Source: an uncultured Chloroflexia bacterium
GTDB taxonomy: Bacteria; Chloroflexota; UBA6077; JACCZL01
Reading direction: 5' to 3'
Assembly: GCA_963765765.1 (NCBI GenBank)
Contig: CAVXYC010000023.1
Location: forward strand, 192,001-256,000
Length of the DNA stretch: 64,000 nt
Under the pieces are notes generated by a model. It searched no databases, was not told where the DNA came from, and was given only the letters and a program-made list of their open reading frames with translations. The position numbers and the translations under genes are program-made. Of this stretch, positions 8,885 through 17,113 are shown piece by piece (within the stretch, counting starts at the first letter, position 1; each line of letters opens with the position of its first letter).

Positions 8885-9274
8885 TCACTCGTCCAGGATG
8901 CGCACCGCGAGCGGACGTTCTGCGGTCTGTGTATAGAACACGCGCACCGGATCGGCGGCCGCCATGTGCTGGCGCAGGTGCGCGGCGCTCTGACGCTTCT
9001 CGGGGTCGTGCATCACCTCGGGACTGACATCGAAGACCCAGATCTCGCCGCGGTCATCACGGAGCGTCACCTGCTCCGCGTAAATCATGGACGATGCCTG
9101 AACATCGAGCAGCACGCCGCGCACCATGGGGCCGGATGCCCCGCTCCGCTGGCTGGACCAGACAACGGCGAGGGCGACACCCAGCCCAATAAGGAGCATG
9201 ACTCCAAGCCGGATGCGACGGCTGCGCACCGACGTCCTCACCAACCTGCACGCCGCCCGCGGGCGAGTGGACAT
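8885..9274 (-). CDS. Membrane-anchored hypothetical protein with HLRQHM motif (beta-rich)
   Basis: TM LGVMLLIGLGVALAVVW then VRGVLLDV...VTLRDDRG...HLRQHM...VRVFY; start uncertain. Confidence 0.6.
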   Translation of the reverse strand: MSTRPRAACRLVRTSVRSRRIRLGVMLLIGLGVALAVVWSSQRSGASGPMVRGVLLDVQASSMIYAEQVTLRDDRGEIWVFDVSPEVMHDPEKRQSAAHLRQHMAAADPVRVFYTQTAERPLAVRILDE

Positions 9275-9341
9275 AGCTGCGGGGCTTCTATGACGTCGAC
9301 AATCGATCCACGGCCTCCGGGGGAACGAAGGTAGTTCACCC

Positions 9342-9536
9342 TCATAGTGACCGCGTCTCGTTCGGCGATGCGAGATCGTCCTCGTCGTCTCGGAACGCCG
9401 TGCGCTGCGTAACATGGGCCACGGCAATCGCCACGATGACGCCCGCGATGAGCACGATCAGCTCATCCCAACCGCCGAAGACCCCGCGCAGAGCAAGCAA
9501 AGCGGACACCGGAAGCTGTGCGTGCGACATGCTCAT
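9342..9536 (-). CDS. Small membrane protein
   Basis: 64 aa; GGWDELIVLIAGVIVAIAVA; lies in the ctaG-led gene string. Confidence 0.5.
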   Translation of the reverse strand: MSMSHAQLPVSALLALRGVFGGWDELIVLIAGVIVAIAVAHVTQRTAFRDDEDDLASPNETRSL

Positions 9537-9561
9537 ATTCTGAGGAGCTTATCCGACTTCC

Positions 9562-10476
9562 TCAAACTTTTTCGCGCGCCGCGAGACGAGCGAACACGGT
9601 TGATGCGGCGATCAGCATCAATGTTGCCGACCCGACCAGCATCTGGACGCCGGCAAGTTGCTGATCCACCAGCGCGTTGATCCCCAGGCCATCTTGCCGC
9701 TCCAGATAGACCTGATAGATGGGCTTGTTTGAGAACGTCAGCAGGGCTCCCAGCACCTTGGATTGCACGACCATCGCAACTGCGATGTAGAGCAGCCGCG
9801 CCCCATGCGCGAGCCCCGGACGGCCCGGGATCGGGTGGATCACCGGCCACCAGAACAACAGCGCCGTCACCATCAGCGTGGCGTGCTGCAGATCGTGGGT
9901 GAGGTTCGATCGGAGAGCGGCCTCATAGGCCTCCGGAATGTGCCAGAACCAGACGGTCACCGTATGAACGGCCAATGCCACGGGCGGACGGGTGAGTTGG
10001 TGTGCCAGGCTTGCCAGGAATGTTTGACGAGCGAATGCCGCCCCGAGCGCCTGACGTGCCTTGGGCGGTACCGCCCAGAGCATCGGCACAACCGGAATGC
10101 CGAGTGACAACAACGGAGCGGCGATCTGCGTCAGCAGCAGATGCTGCGCCATATGCGCCGCAAAGTATCGCGTCGCGAATGCGTCGAGGGGGCTGAACAG
10201 TGCCACGCCCACAGCGACCAGCCCGCACGCATAGGCCACGGGGCGCCAGATCGGCAAGATAGAGCGGCGACTGGGCCGCTCCCAAAAGCGGGTGGCTCCA
10301 GCGAAGTAGAGCGCGCCCAGGAACCCAAGCAGAAGGGTGAGAACGGGCTGCATCGTAATCGGGACAAATAGGTTGACGGCGGGCAAAGGCATACGGACGA
10401 GCAGTCCTCGGGCTGCAGAGCTGCGCGGGCGATCGCACGTTGAGTGACTTTCGCGGCCATCGTATCCAAGTTGCAC
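9562..10476 (-). CDS. ctaG: Cytochrome c oxidase assembly factor (Caa3_CtaG family)
   Basis: SPLD...FAAHMAQHLLL...APLL, WFWHIPEAYE, HDLQH, LFWWPV, DQQLAG; start uncertain. Confidence 0.9.
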   Translation of the reverse strand: MQLGYDGRESHSTCDRPRSSAARGLLVRMPLPAVNLFVPITMQPVLTLLLGFLGALYFAGATRFWERPSRRSILPIWRPVAYACGLVAVGVALFSPLDAFATRYFAAHMAQHLLLTQIAAPLLSLGIPVVPMLWAVPPKARQALGAAFARQTFLASLAHQLTRPPVALAVHTVTVWFWHIPEAYEAALRSNLTHDLQHATLMVTALLFWWPVIHPIPGRPGLAHGARLLYIAVAMVVQSKVLGALLTFSNKPIYQVYLERQDGLGINALVDQQLAGVQMLVGSATLMLIAASTVFARLAAREKV

Positions 10477-10539
10477 GGCGATGGACGAATTCCGTTTGTG
10501 CGAATGTGCTGTCTATCCGCCGACGCTCGCGGTCTGGGA

Positions 10540-10914
10540 TCACTCTCCCAGAATGGTGACAAGCACGCGTTCGTAGTCCGCGGCCTGAGCGGGGTGAGTC
10601 TCCGGGATACCCGAACGATCACGGTCCCCCGTCCGAAGATATGCCCGTCGATCATACGAAGCTCCTCAAATCCGTAGAGGTACTCGTTGACGGAGCTCGC
10701 GATCGGCGACCGAGTGGAAGATCTCGATGGATCCGCCGGTGCTTACACTGGTCGTCTTCATCCCGACACTGGGCTCGATACGGCCATCACGCCAGGTGAC
10801 CTTTCGAAAATACTGAGACGGCTCCCCGAGCAGGCCGTTCGGGTCGGTGGCGTTCGTGTACTCCTTAGCGTCGATGATCGCGATACCAACGCATTGGAAC
10901 TGATCGAGGATGAG
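10540..10914 (-). pseudogene. Frameshifted hypothetical exported-type protein
   Basis: Stitched reading: YTNATDPNGLLGEPSQYFRKVTWRDGRI...GGSIEIF / YLYGFEE...GTVIVRVSRRLTP / AQAADYERVL*; two frameshifts and no clean start. Confidence 0.45.
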
Positions 10915-10986
10915 CTACTACAAGACGCTCACCTTGAGTACATCGAGGCTACGCAGGCCCCGAGAGATGGAAGGGCGTGCGAATGC

Positions 10987-11229
10987 CTAGCGGCGAGTCT
11001 GCGAAGGGGGGTCTGCGCCCGTGGGGACGTCGGATTCGCTCTCCGACGTCGCGGAATCCTCGGCGAACTGCCAACCGAAGACACGCGACGCTTTGGTGAA
11101 TGCGATCTCGAAACCGATGGCAAGGCCCGTCAAGCCCACGCCGGATCCCACAAGCATGACAATATCGTCTACCGCTCCGCCGCATATGGCGCAGGCAACG
11201 ACTGATGCGGGCAACATGTCCGGAGTCAT
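10987..11229 (-). CDS. Small CxxC membrane peptide
   Basis: VVACAICGG followed by a hydrophobic helix; GAGG-GAG RBS before the ATG at 11229. Confidence 0.55.
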   Translation of the reverse strand: MTPDMLPASVVACAICGGAVDDIVMLVGSGVGLTGLAIGFEIAFTKASRVFGWQFAEDSATSESESDVPTGADPPSQTRR

Positions 11230-11958
11230 GGCTCCCTCGTGCCCTCTCGTCGGAGGGCTTTCTCGGGCATTATGTCACACCGTCGGACTGCCTTGAGAGT
11301 GCGGACTGCAATCGGGAACCGCTCTGGTTCCTGTAACCCCCAGTAGGGCTACTACAACCGGTGCGGTCTCTGTCGTTAAGTCACGCGCAGCCTATATCGT
11401 GAGCGCAACACCTAGGATAAGCTGCCTTCGGGCTCACGCTCGTCATGTCCCATCGCAAGCGCGCCCAAGACCCTTACTGGAGTCTTGGAAGCGTCGCTTG
11501 ATCGATGCCCGCCTTAGCCATGAGCCCAAGGATGAAACCCAGCACAATCTTCACTATGTCCCAAGTTCTATCGCTCGTTTTTTTCTCCGAAGCCTGCCGG
11601 ATCAGATCCTCGTTCTGATAACCCCATTACCAGACAGCCGGTTCCTGTAACCACGGTTCAGGAAAACGCTAAATAACGATTAGGTCTCCCTTAGCGGTTA
11701 TTGAGTCTCACCCCTGCTCATCACCCGAACGGCGCCACCGAGAAGCCGATAGCAGCAGCTCATGGTTCACTGGGCGGAGGGTATGCCGCCGGAGGAGCTC
11801 AATGAGTAGCTCCGCTGGTTCGCCAAGGACGTGATGTCGGCAATTACGGGGGACTCGGCATAGCGCCTGTGCACGGCGTCAGAGGAACAAAGTAGGCTTT
11901 CTGAGGTGATCCAAGTGCGTCCCGGCCCTGGGCCAGGCGACTCGAAAGTGAAGAGGAC

Positions 11959-12387
11959 ATGATCGACCAGAGTATTCGCCTTGCGCCCTGCCGTCTTGAG
12001 GACATTGGGGCTGTGCTGGAGCTGTGGGATCTGGCTCATATCATTCCGCTTGCCGGGGACTCAGTGGGAGCGCTGCGGCTTCGACTCGAGCGCGACGCCG
12101 ACCTGTTCCTTCTGGCGTGGTCGGGCGATACCCTCGTTGGAACCCTCATGGGCGGTTGGGATGGTTGGCGCGGCGGCATGTATCGCCTGGCGACGCATCC
12201 AGACTTCCGTCGCCGAGGCATCGCGCGGATGCTCGTTCAGGCGGTGGAGAAGGCGCTCCAGACCCGCGGCGCAACTCGCATCACCAGCCTGGTCGTTCGA
12301 CGTGAACCAGGATCTCCTGAATTCTGGCGAAGTGTTGGCTACCAGCCCGACTCGGACATTGACCGCTACGCCAAAGTGCTCGACTAA
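11959..12387 (+). CDS. GNAT family N-acetyltransferase
   Basis: GGWDGWRGGMYRLATHPDFRRRGIA motif A. Confidence 0.9.
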   Translation: MIDQSIRLAPCRLEDIGAVLELWDLAHIIPLAGDSVGALRLRLERDADLFLLAWSGDTLVGTLMGGWDGWRGGMYRLATHPDFRRRGIARMLVQAVEKALQTRGATRITSLVVRREPGSPEFWRSVGYQPDSDIDRYAKVLD

Positions 12388-12728
12388 CCAGTAACTTTTC
12401 GGACCCGGCACTTTCGCGCTGATCGACCTCGGCTACTAACCGACCCGAACGACCTCATGGACTTCATCGCGTCTGGAATGTCGCCTCGCGGATGATAGGG
12501 TTGATGGCCACCGCGTCACCTCCGCCGGAGCACGTGAATCATGGGCGCCCAGATGCAATCCCGGTCTGGACCGTCGCTCCCTCTTGCCGTTTAACGGGAT
12601 CCCGAGTTCCATAATCACCATCATTATCAGTACCGCTGGTGCCCGTAACCCCCATTCTGGGAACCATTCTCCGAAAACCTGAGATTAACCACGAATTTCG
12701 CGTTCCTAATAATGCCGCCTTGACATGG

Positions 12729-13124
12729 TTATAGGAACCATGTTTTGCTGGAGTCACCCCGTTGAACATCTGTTCCAGGTATGCAACGCCGGGTCCCTGA
12801 TGACCGCGGTGCCAGTACCGGCTGCTTGGTGGTGCCTCGTTTCCCGTTTGCGTCGAAGGCGAGATTGATGTCAAGCGGGATGTTCAGGCACACGCGGCCT
12901 CCTGGCTCCAGCACGCGTCGGAGCTCCTGCATCCAGGTATCCACCCAGCTCAAGTAGCTCTGGTAGGTGGCGTTATCCCGGGCTGTGCCGTAGTCGTTGC
13001 CGAGGTTGTAGGGCAGTGATGTCACTACGAGCTGGATGCTGTTGCTGGCCAGGAACGACAAATTGGTGCAGTCGGCCTGAAACAGACGCACGAGCTCGTC
13101 GGCGTAGTATGGTCGCGGATTCAT
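12729..13124 (-). pseudogene. Truncated DNA methyltransferase (SPPY altered to SLPY)
   Basis: PYYADELVRLFQADCT...QLVVTSLPYNLG...GGRVCLNIPLD; homology ends after about 105 aa; no SAM-binding motif found. Confidence 0.75.
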
Positions 13125-13262
13125 CACTGGAGAGAGGCGCTGACTCACGGCGGAGCGAGACTAGCATGATCTGGACAGATGTGGCTAAATCGCGACGTTG
13201 TTTCCCGGTCCCCTGCAAGATGTCGGGGTGAGGGAAACTAGGACTCCATCAGCCGAAATGGC

Positions 13263-14744
13263 CTACCCGCGCGCCGCGGCAAACGCGGCGTACTTGTAGC
13301 GGGCGTCGCTGGCATCCATCGCGGAACGGAGGCGCTCGCCGCTGATGACGCGATCCCAGCCTGGGCCATCGTGATTGATCGGGTCGTTGTAGAGGAATCC
13401 GTCGTCGAGGGCGCCGGTGATCACCACATAGTGGTCGGCATAGTAGGCCACGCCTTCATTGCCGGGAAGGCGGCGATAGTAGACCTGAGCAAGGACCGGT
13501 TGGCCTTGCTGTAGATGCTCGCGAATCTCATCGTTTGTCCAGCGGTTGATGTCATTGCCGTCGTAGAGGCCCACTGCCTTGAGGCCATGGCTCTCCGCCA
13601 CCTTCGCCAGGGCCGTGAGCAACGTGCCAGTGCCATTGCCGAAGATGCCCTGTGCTGAAAGTACCTTGGGTCGAACCTCCGCGGGAGACATTGAAACGCC
13701 GAAGGTCTCCAGGATCATGCTCAGCGAGGTGGGGCCGCAATTGGCTAGAGCCCATGGACCACCGTCAAGCTGGGACTTGTATGGAACAAACACGTGCGAG
13801 ATATCCATACGGGTCGCTTGCGGATACGATCGCGGCAGCTCACGGGGCGCAGGTGCTCGACCAATTTGAACCATAGCGGCATCGACGTAACCCGTCATTG
13901 CCTGGCGCGTGCGTCCGTCCCCGGGGTCACGCACCTGGATGCGGCGTCCTGCCAGACCTCCAGATCGCTCCAGCCGTACTCCGGCCGGCAGCGAGTGAAG
14001 TCGGCGTCCGCCGCCATTGAAAAGCACTGTGTCTGAGCTCACCTGAAGCCAGCCCGCGGCCAGTAGGCCGTCCAGATTCTCGGGCATTGGAAGCGACTCG
14101 CCAGAATCGATCGCGACGAGCGGGTCAGGCGTTGCCACCACAGAATCCGATTGACCCGGAGCGAGCGGCCGCCCGCCTGGCAAGAAAAGGTGCGTACCGT
14201 CGATCACGCTGTCGGCATCATCGATCTGGTTCTGTGTCAACACCGCGGCCATGTCAATACCGAAGCGCAGAGCGATGGCATGTAGCCCGTCGCCCGGCTG
14301 CACCGTGTAATACAAGCCATCAAGTGGTGGGACTTTGAGCTTCTGCCCGGACACGATCAAGTCGGGGTTGTCGAGATTGTTGGCCCACACCAGGGTTTCT
14401 GCGCGAAGCCCGTACTCTTCGGCGATAGTAAGGAGCGAGTCGCCATCCTGGATTGCGTACTCGACCGTGTCCTTCCGGGGCGCCTGGGCCTCGGGCGCCG
14501 GCTCAGCCAGGGCCGCGAACTCTGACGTGGGGTACTCAACCGACTGTGGCGCGTCAGCGCCCAGGTAGACGGGAGTCTCCTCTGCGCCCTCGTCGGTCGC
14601 GGTAGGCTGGGAGCCCGGTAGGTAGAGCATCCCTGGATTGAAGTGGAGCCAGACCGACACCATGATCCCGGTAAGCACAATTCCACTAACCCAGCGGAAG
14701 GGGCTTACATTCGATCGACGCCGGCGGTTCGTTACTCGCGACAT
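13263..14744 (-). CDS. Membrane-anchored 2x LysM + C39-like peptidase
   Basis: YAIQDGDSLLTIA and YTVQPGDGLHAIA LysM repeats; CGPTS / HYVVITG / YNDP catalytic set. Confidence 0.88.
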   Translation of the reverse strand: MSRVTNRRRRSNVSPFRWVSGIVLTGIMVSVWLHFNPGMLYLPGSQPTATDEGAEETPVYLGADAPQSVEYPTSEFAALAEPAPEAQAPRKDTVEYAIQDGDSLLTIAEEYGLRAETLVWANNLDNPDLIVSGQKLKVPPLDGLYYTVQPGDGLHAIALRFGIDMAAVLTQNQIDDADSVIDGTHLFLPGGRPLAPGQSDSVVATPDPLVAIDSGESLPMPENLDGLLAAGWLQVSSDTVLFNGGGRRLHSLPAGVRLERSGGLAGRRIQVRDPGDGRTRQAMTGYVDAAMVQIGRAPAPRELPRSYPQATRMDISHVFVPYKSQLDGGPWALANCGPTSLSMILETFGVSMSPAEVRPKVLSAQGIFGNGTGTLLTALAKVAESHGLKAVGLYDGNDINRWTNDEIREHLQQGQPVLAQVYYRRLPGNEGVAYYADHYVVITGALDDGFLYNDPINHDGPGWDRVISGERLRSAMDASDARYKYAAFAAARG

Positions 14745-14982
14745 ATCGATTTGAAGTCAGCGTACCAGCCGACGGCCGGCGAGCGAGCCGTCGGATCATC
14801 ACGCCTGAATTACGTTCCGGAGCTGCTAACTACTGCAGGGTGCAGTTGACTATAAGGGAGGCATGGAAGCGCTGTAAACGTGGCGAGATTGTGGAGCTCT
14901 GTGCACTCTTATCCCAATCTCGGTTCCCCGAAGCACGATACTGGCCGCAGTCCACGCTGGACCGGATGTCCTTCCGTTCAGC

Positions 14983-15597
14983 CTAAATTTCGATTGGCTG
15001 TCGAGCATTCTCGTCGAGCAAGAGCGCAAACTGACCGAGAATGCGAGCAGTGGCGCCCCAGATCTTGTGCTCACCCCAGGGGTAGAACGAAACGGTCCGA
15101 GCACCGGTGCCGAGCTGGCGTACCTCCTCACGCATGGCGGTTGCGTCGGTCAACAGCGTCAGTGGTACTTCCAGAATCTCCGCCACTTCGTCCGGGCTGG
15201 GGGCAAACGTTGGTCGGTGAGGTACGAACCCGACGAAGGGCGTGATGCGGTACGCGCTGACGGTGACGACTGAATGATCCAGCGCGCCCCAGATCTCAAC
15301 CGAGTCGCGCGGTACGCCGAGCTCCTCTTCGGTCTCCCGCAAGGCCGTGGCCAATAGCGAGCCATCACCGGGCTCATATCCCCCGCCGGGGAGTGAGATC
15401 TGCCCGGCGTGCCGACGCAGGTGACCCGGTCGAAGTGTTAGCACCAGGTAGGGTGTGTTCTCCAGAGGGTAGACAAGGATGAGCACTGCCCCCGGTCGCC
15501 ACGGCGCGAGATCGTTTGATGAGACGATGGGTACGGCATCCAACGTTCTAAATTGCAGACGACTTTTGAGAATGTCCAGTGGAGGGGGAAGTTCCAT
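14983..15597 (-). CDS. Nudix CoA pyrophosphatase (NudL-like)
   Basis: LTLRPGHLRRHAGQISLPGG...ALRETEEELG; IWGATA. Confidence 0.9.
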   Translation of the reverse strand: MELPPPLDILKSRLQFRTLDAVPIVSSNDLAPWRPGAVLILVYPLENTPYLVLTLRPGHLRRHAGQISLPGGGYEPGDGSLLATALRETEEELGVPRDSVEIWGALDHSVVTVSAYRITPFVGFVPHRPTFAPSPDEVAEILEVPLTLLTDATAMREEVRQLGTGARTVSFYPWGEHKIWGATARILGQFALLLDENARQPIEI

Positions 15598-15744
15598 GTC
15601 TGCCTTAGATGGTAGCGCACCGTCCCAGTCGCGCACCTAGCGAGCGGTTCTTCTCGCCAACATCCCCACACACGCGACCCCGCAGGGAATTCGACTCTGT
15701 TTTGGCTCGCGGATTAGACGGTGGGCGGAGCGTCGCGCGGTATC

Positions 15745-17009
15745 ATGATGTCGCTCTACGACGCGTACGGAGGCCGCGTAATGCGGTTCAGGGCTGCTCC
15801 TCGATCGGTGTCCCAGGGCCTGGCGATCTTGGTCCTGGGCGTGGCTCTGGGCGTCCCAATCGGCGCCGTGACTAGCCCGCGGATCCAGATTCCGGGACTA
15901 CAAGCACCCGCGGACACCTCACAGCCGGTAGTAGAAGCGGCCGAGACTACGACGGGCGAGCGGCCCGACATGGCTCTCTTCCGGGAAGCCTGGCGCACGG
16001 TGAATGACGAGTTCGTCAATCGTTCCGCGCTGGATGAGCGGCGCATGACCTACGGGGCGATCCGTGGGATGGTCCAGAGTCTCGGCGATTCCAATACGCT
16101 CTTTCAGACGCCCGAAGAGCGGCAGTCGGAGATGGGTGCATTCAGTGGGCGATTTCAGGGAATTGGAACATACATCGATGCGCGTGACAGCCGCATCGTC
16201 ATTCTTTCCTCTATAGAGGGCAGTCCCGGCGGCGCGGAGCGGTGTGCTGGCGGGTGACGTCGTCCTGTCGGTTGATGGCCAGGATGTTGGGGGGCTCACG
16301 GTGCAGCAAGTCTCGGGACGCGTGCGCGGGCCCAAGGGTACCGTGGTCACGCTCCTACTTCTACGTGGAACGGAGACCGTTGAGCTTGCCATCGAGCGTG
16401 ACGAGATTCCGCTGATCTCGGCGCGCGGAAACCTCATAGAGCCTGGTATTGGCCTGTTGCGAATGACGGGATTTACTGAGCGCTCCGACGCCGAGGTGGC
16501 AGGCGCCCTGGATTCAATGACGCAGCAGGGCGTTCATCGTCTGGTTCTTGACCTGCGCGGAAATCCGGGCGGCTTGCTGGAGCCAGCTGTGGAAGTGGCC
16601 AGCCCGGCTCACCACCATCAATCCCATTGTGTGGCAGGAGAATGCTGAAGGTCAGCGATACGCCTATGACCGGCGGAACGATCGTCCGTCGGTGGATTGG
16701 CCGATTGTTGTTCTACTGGACCGCGGCTCTGCAAGCGCCTCAGAGGTCATTGCCGCTGCCCTGCGGGACTCGGGTCGGGCCACCCTCGTGGGACAGCGCT
16801 CGTATGGAAAAGGCACCGTTCAGTATTTGCACCAGCTCAGTGATGGCGCCGGATTGCGTGTGACCGCCGCACGGTGGATCAGCCCCGCTGGAACGCACCT
16901 CGATCAAGGCGGAATAGAGCCGGATGTCCCGATTGCTGATCCGCGGACGGAAGAGAGCGATCCGTCAATGGATGCGGCGCTGCAGATACTGCGGTCACTG
17001 GCCCCATGA
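15745..17009 (+). CDS. ctpA: S41 carboxy-terminal processing protease, two frameshifts (about 16240 and 16615)
   Basis: YGAIRGMV..LGD, FQGIG PDZ, LDLRGNPGGLL, SASASE, YGKGTVQ, GIEPD spread over three ORFs. Confidence 0.88.
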
Positions 17010-17113
17010 CCCATATGCCAGCCCCCAGCTCCCAGGCCGGTTCCACGCTCGTTCGGGTAGTCGGCTGCTCAATCCTTCAGTCATTCCAATTGCTGCGATA
17101 ATTCGGCTCACCA

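Noticed and set aside
10687-11205. 172-aa + strand ORF
   Set aside because: Overlaps better-supported minus-strand genes and has no motifs.
11745-11863. Fragment LMVHWAEGMPPEELNE*LRWFAKDVM resembling an LLM oxidoreductase C-terminus
   Set aside because: About 35 codons with internal stops; too short to call.
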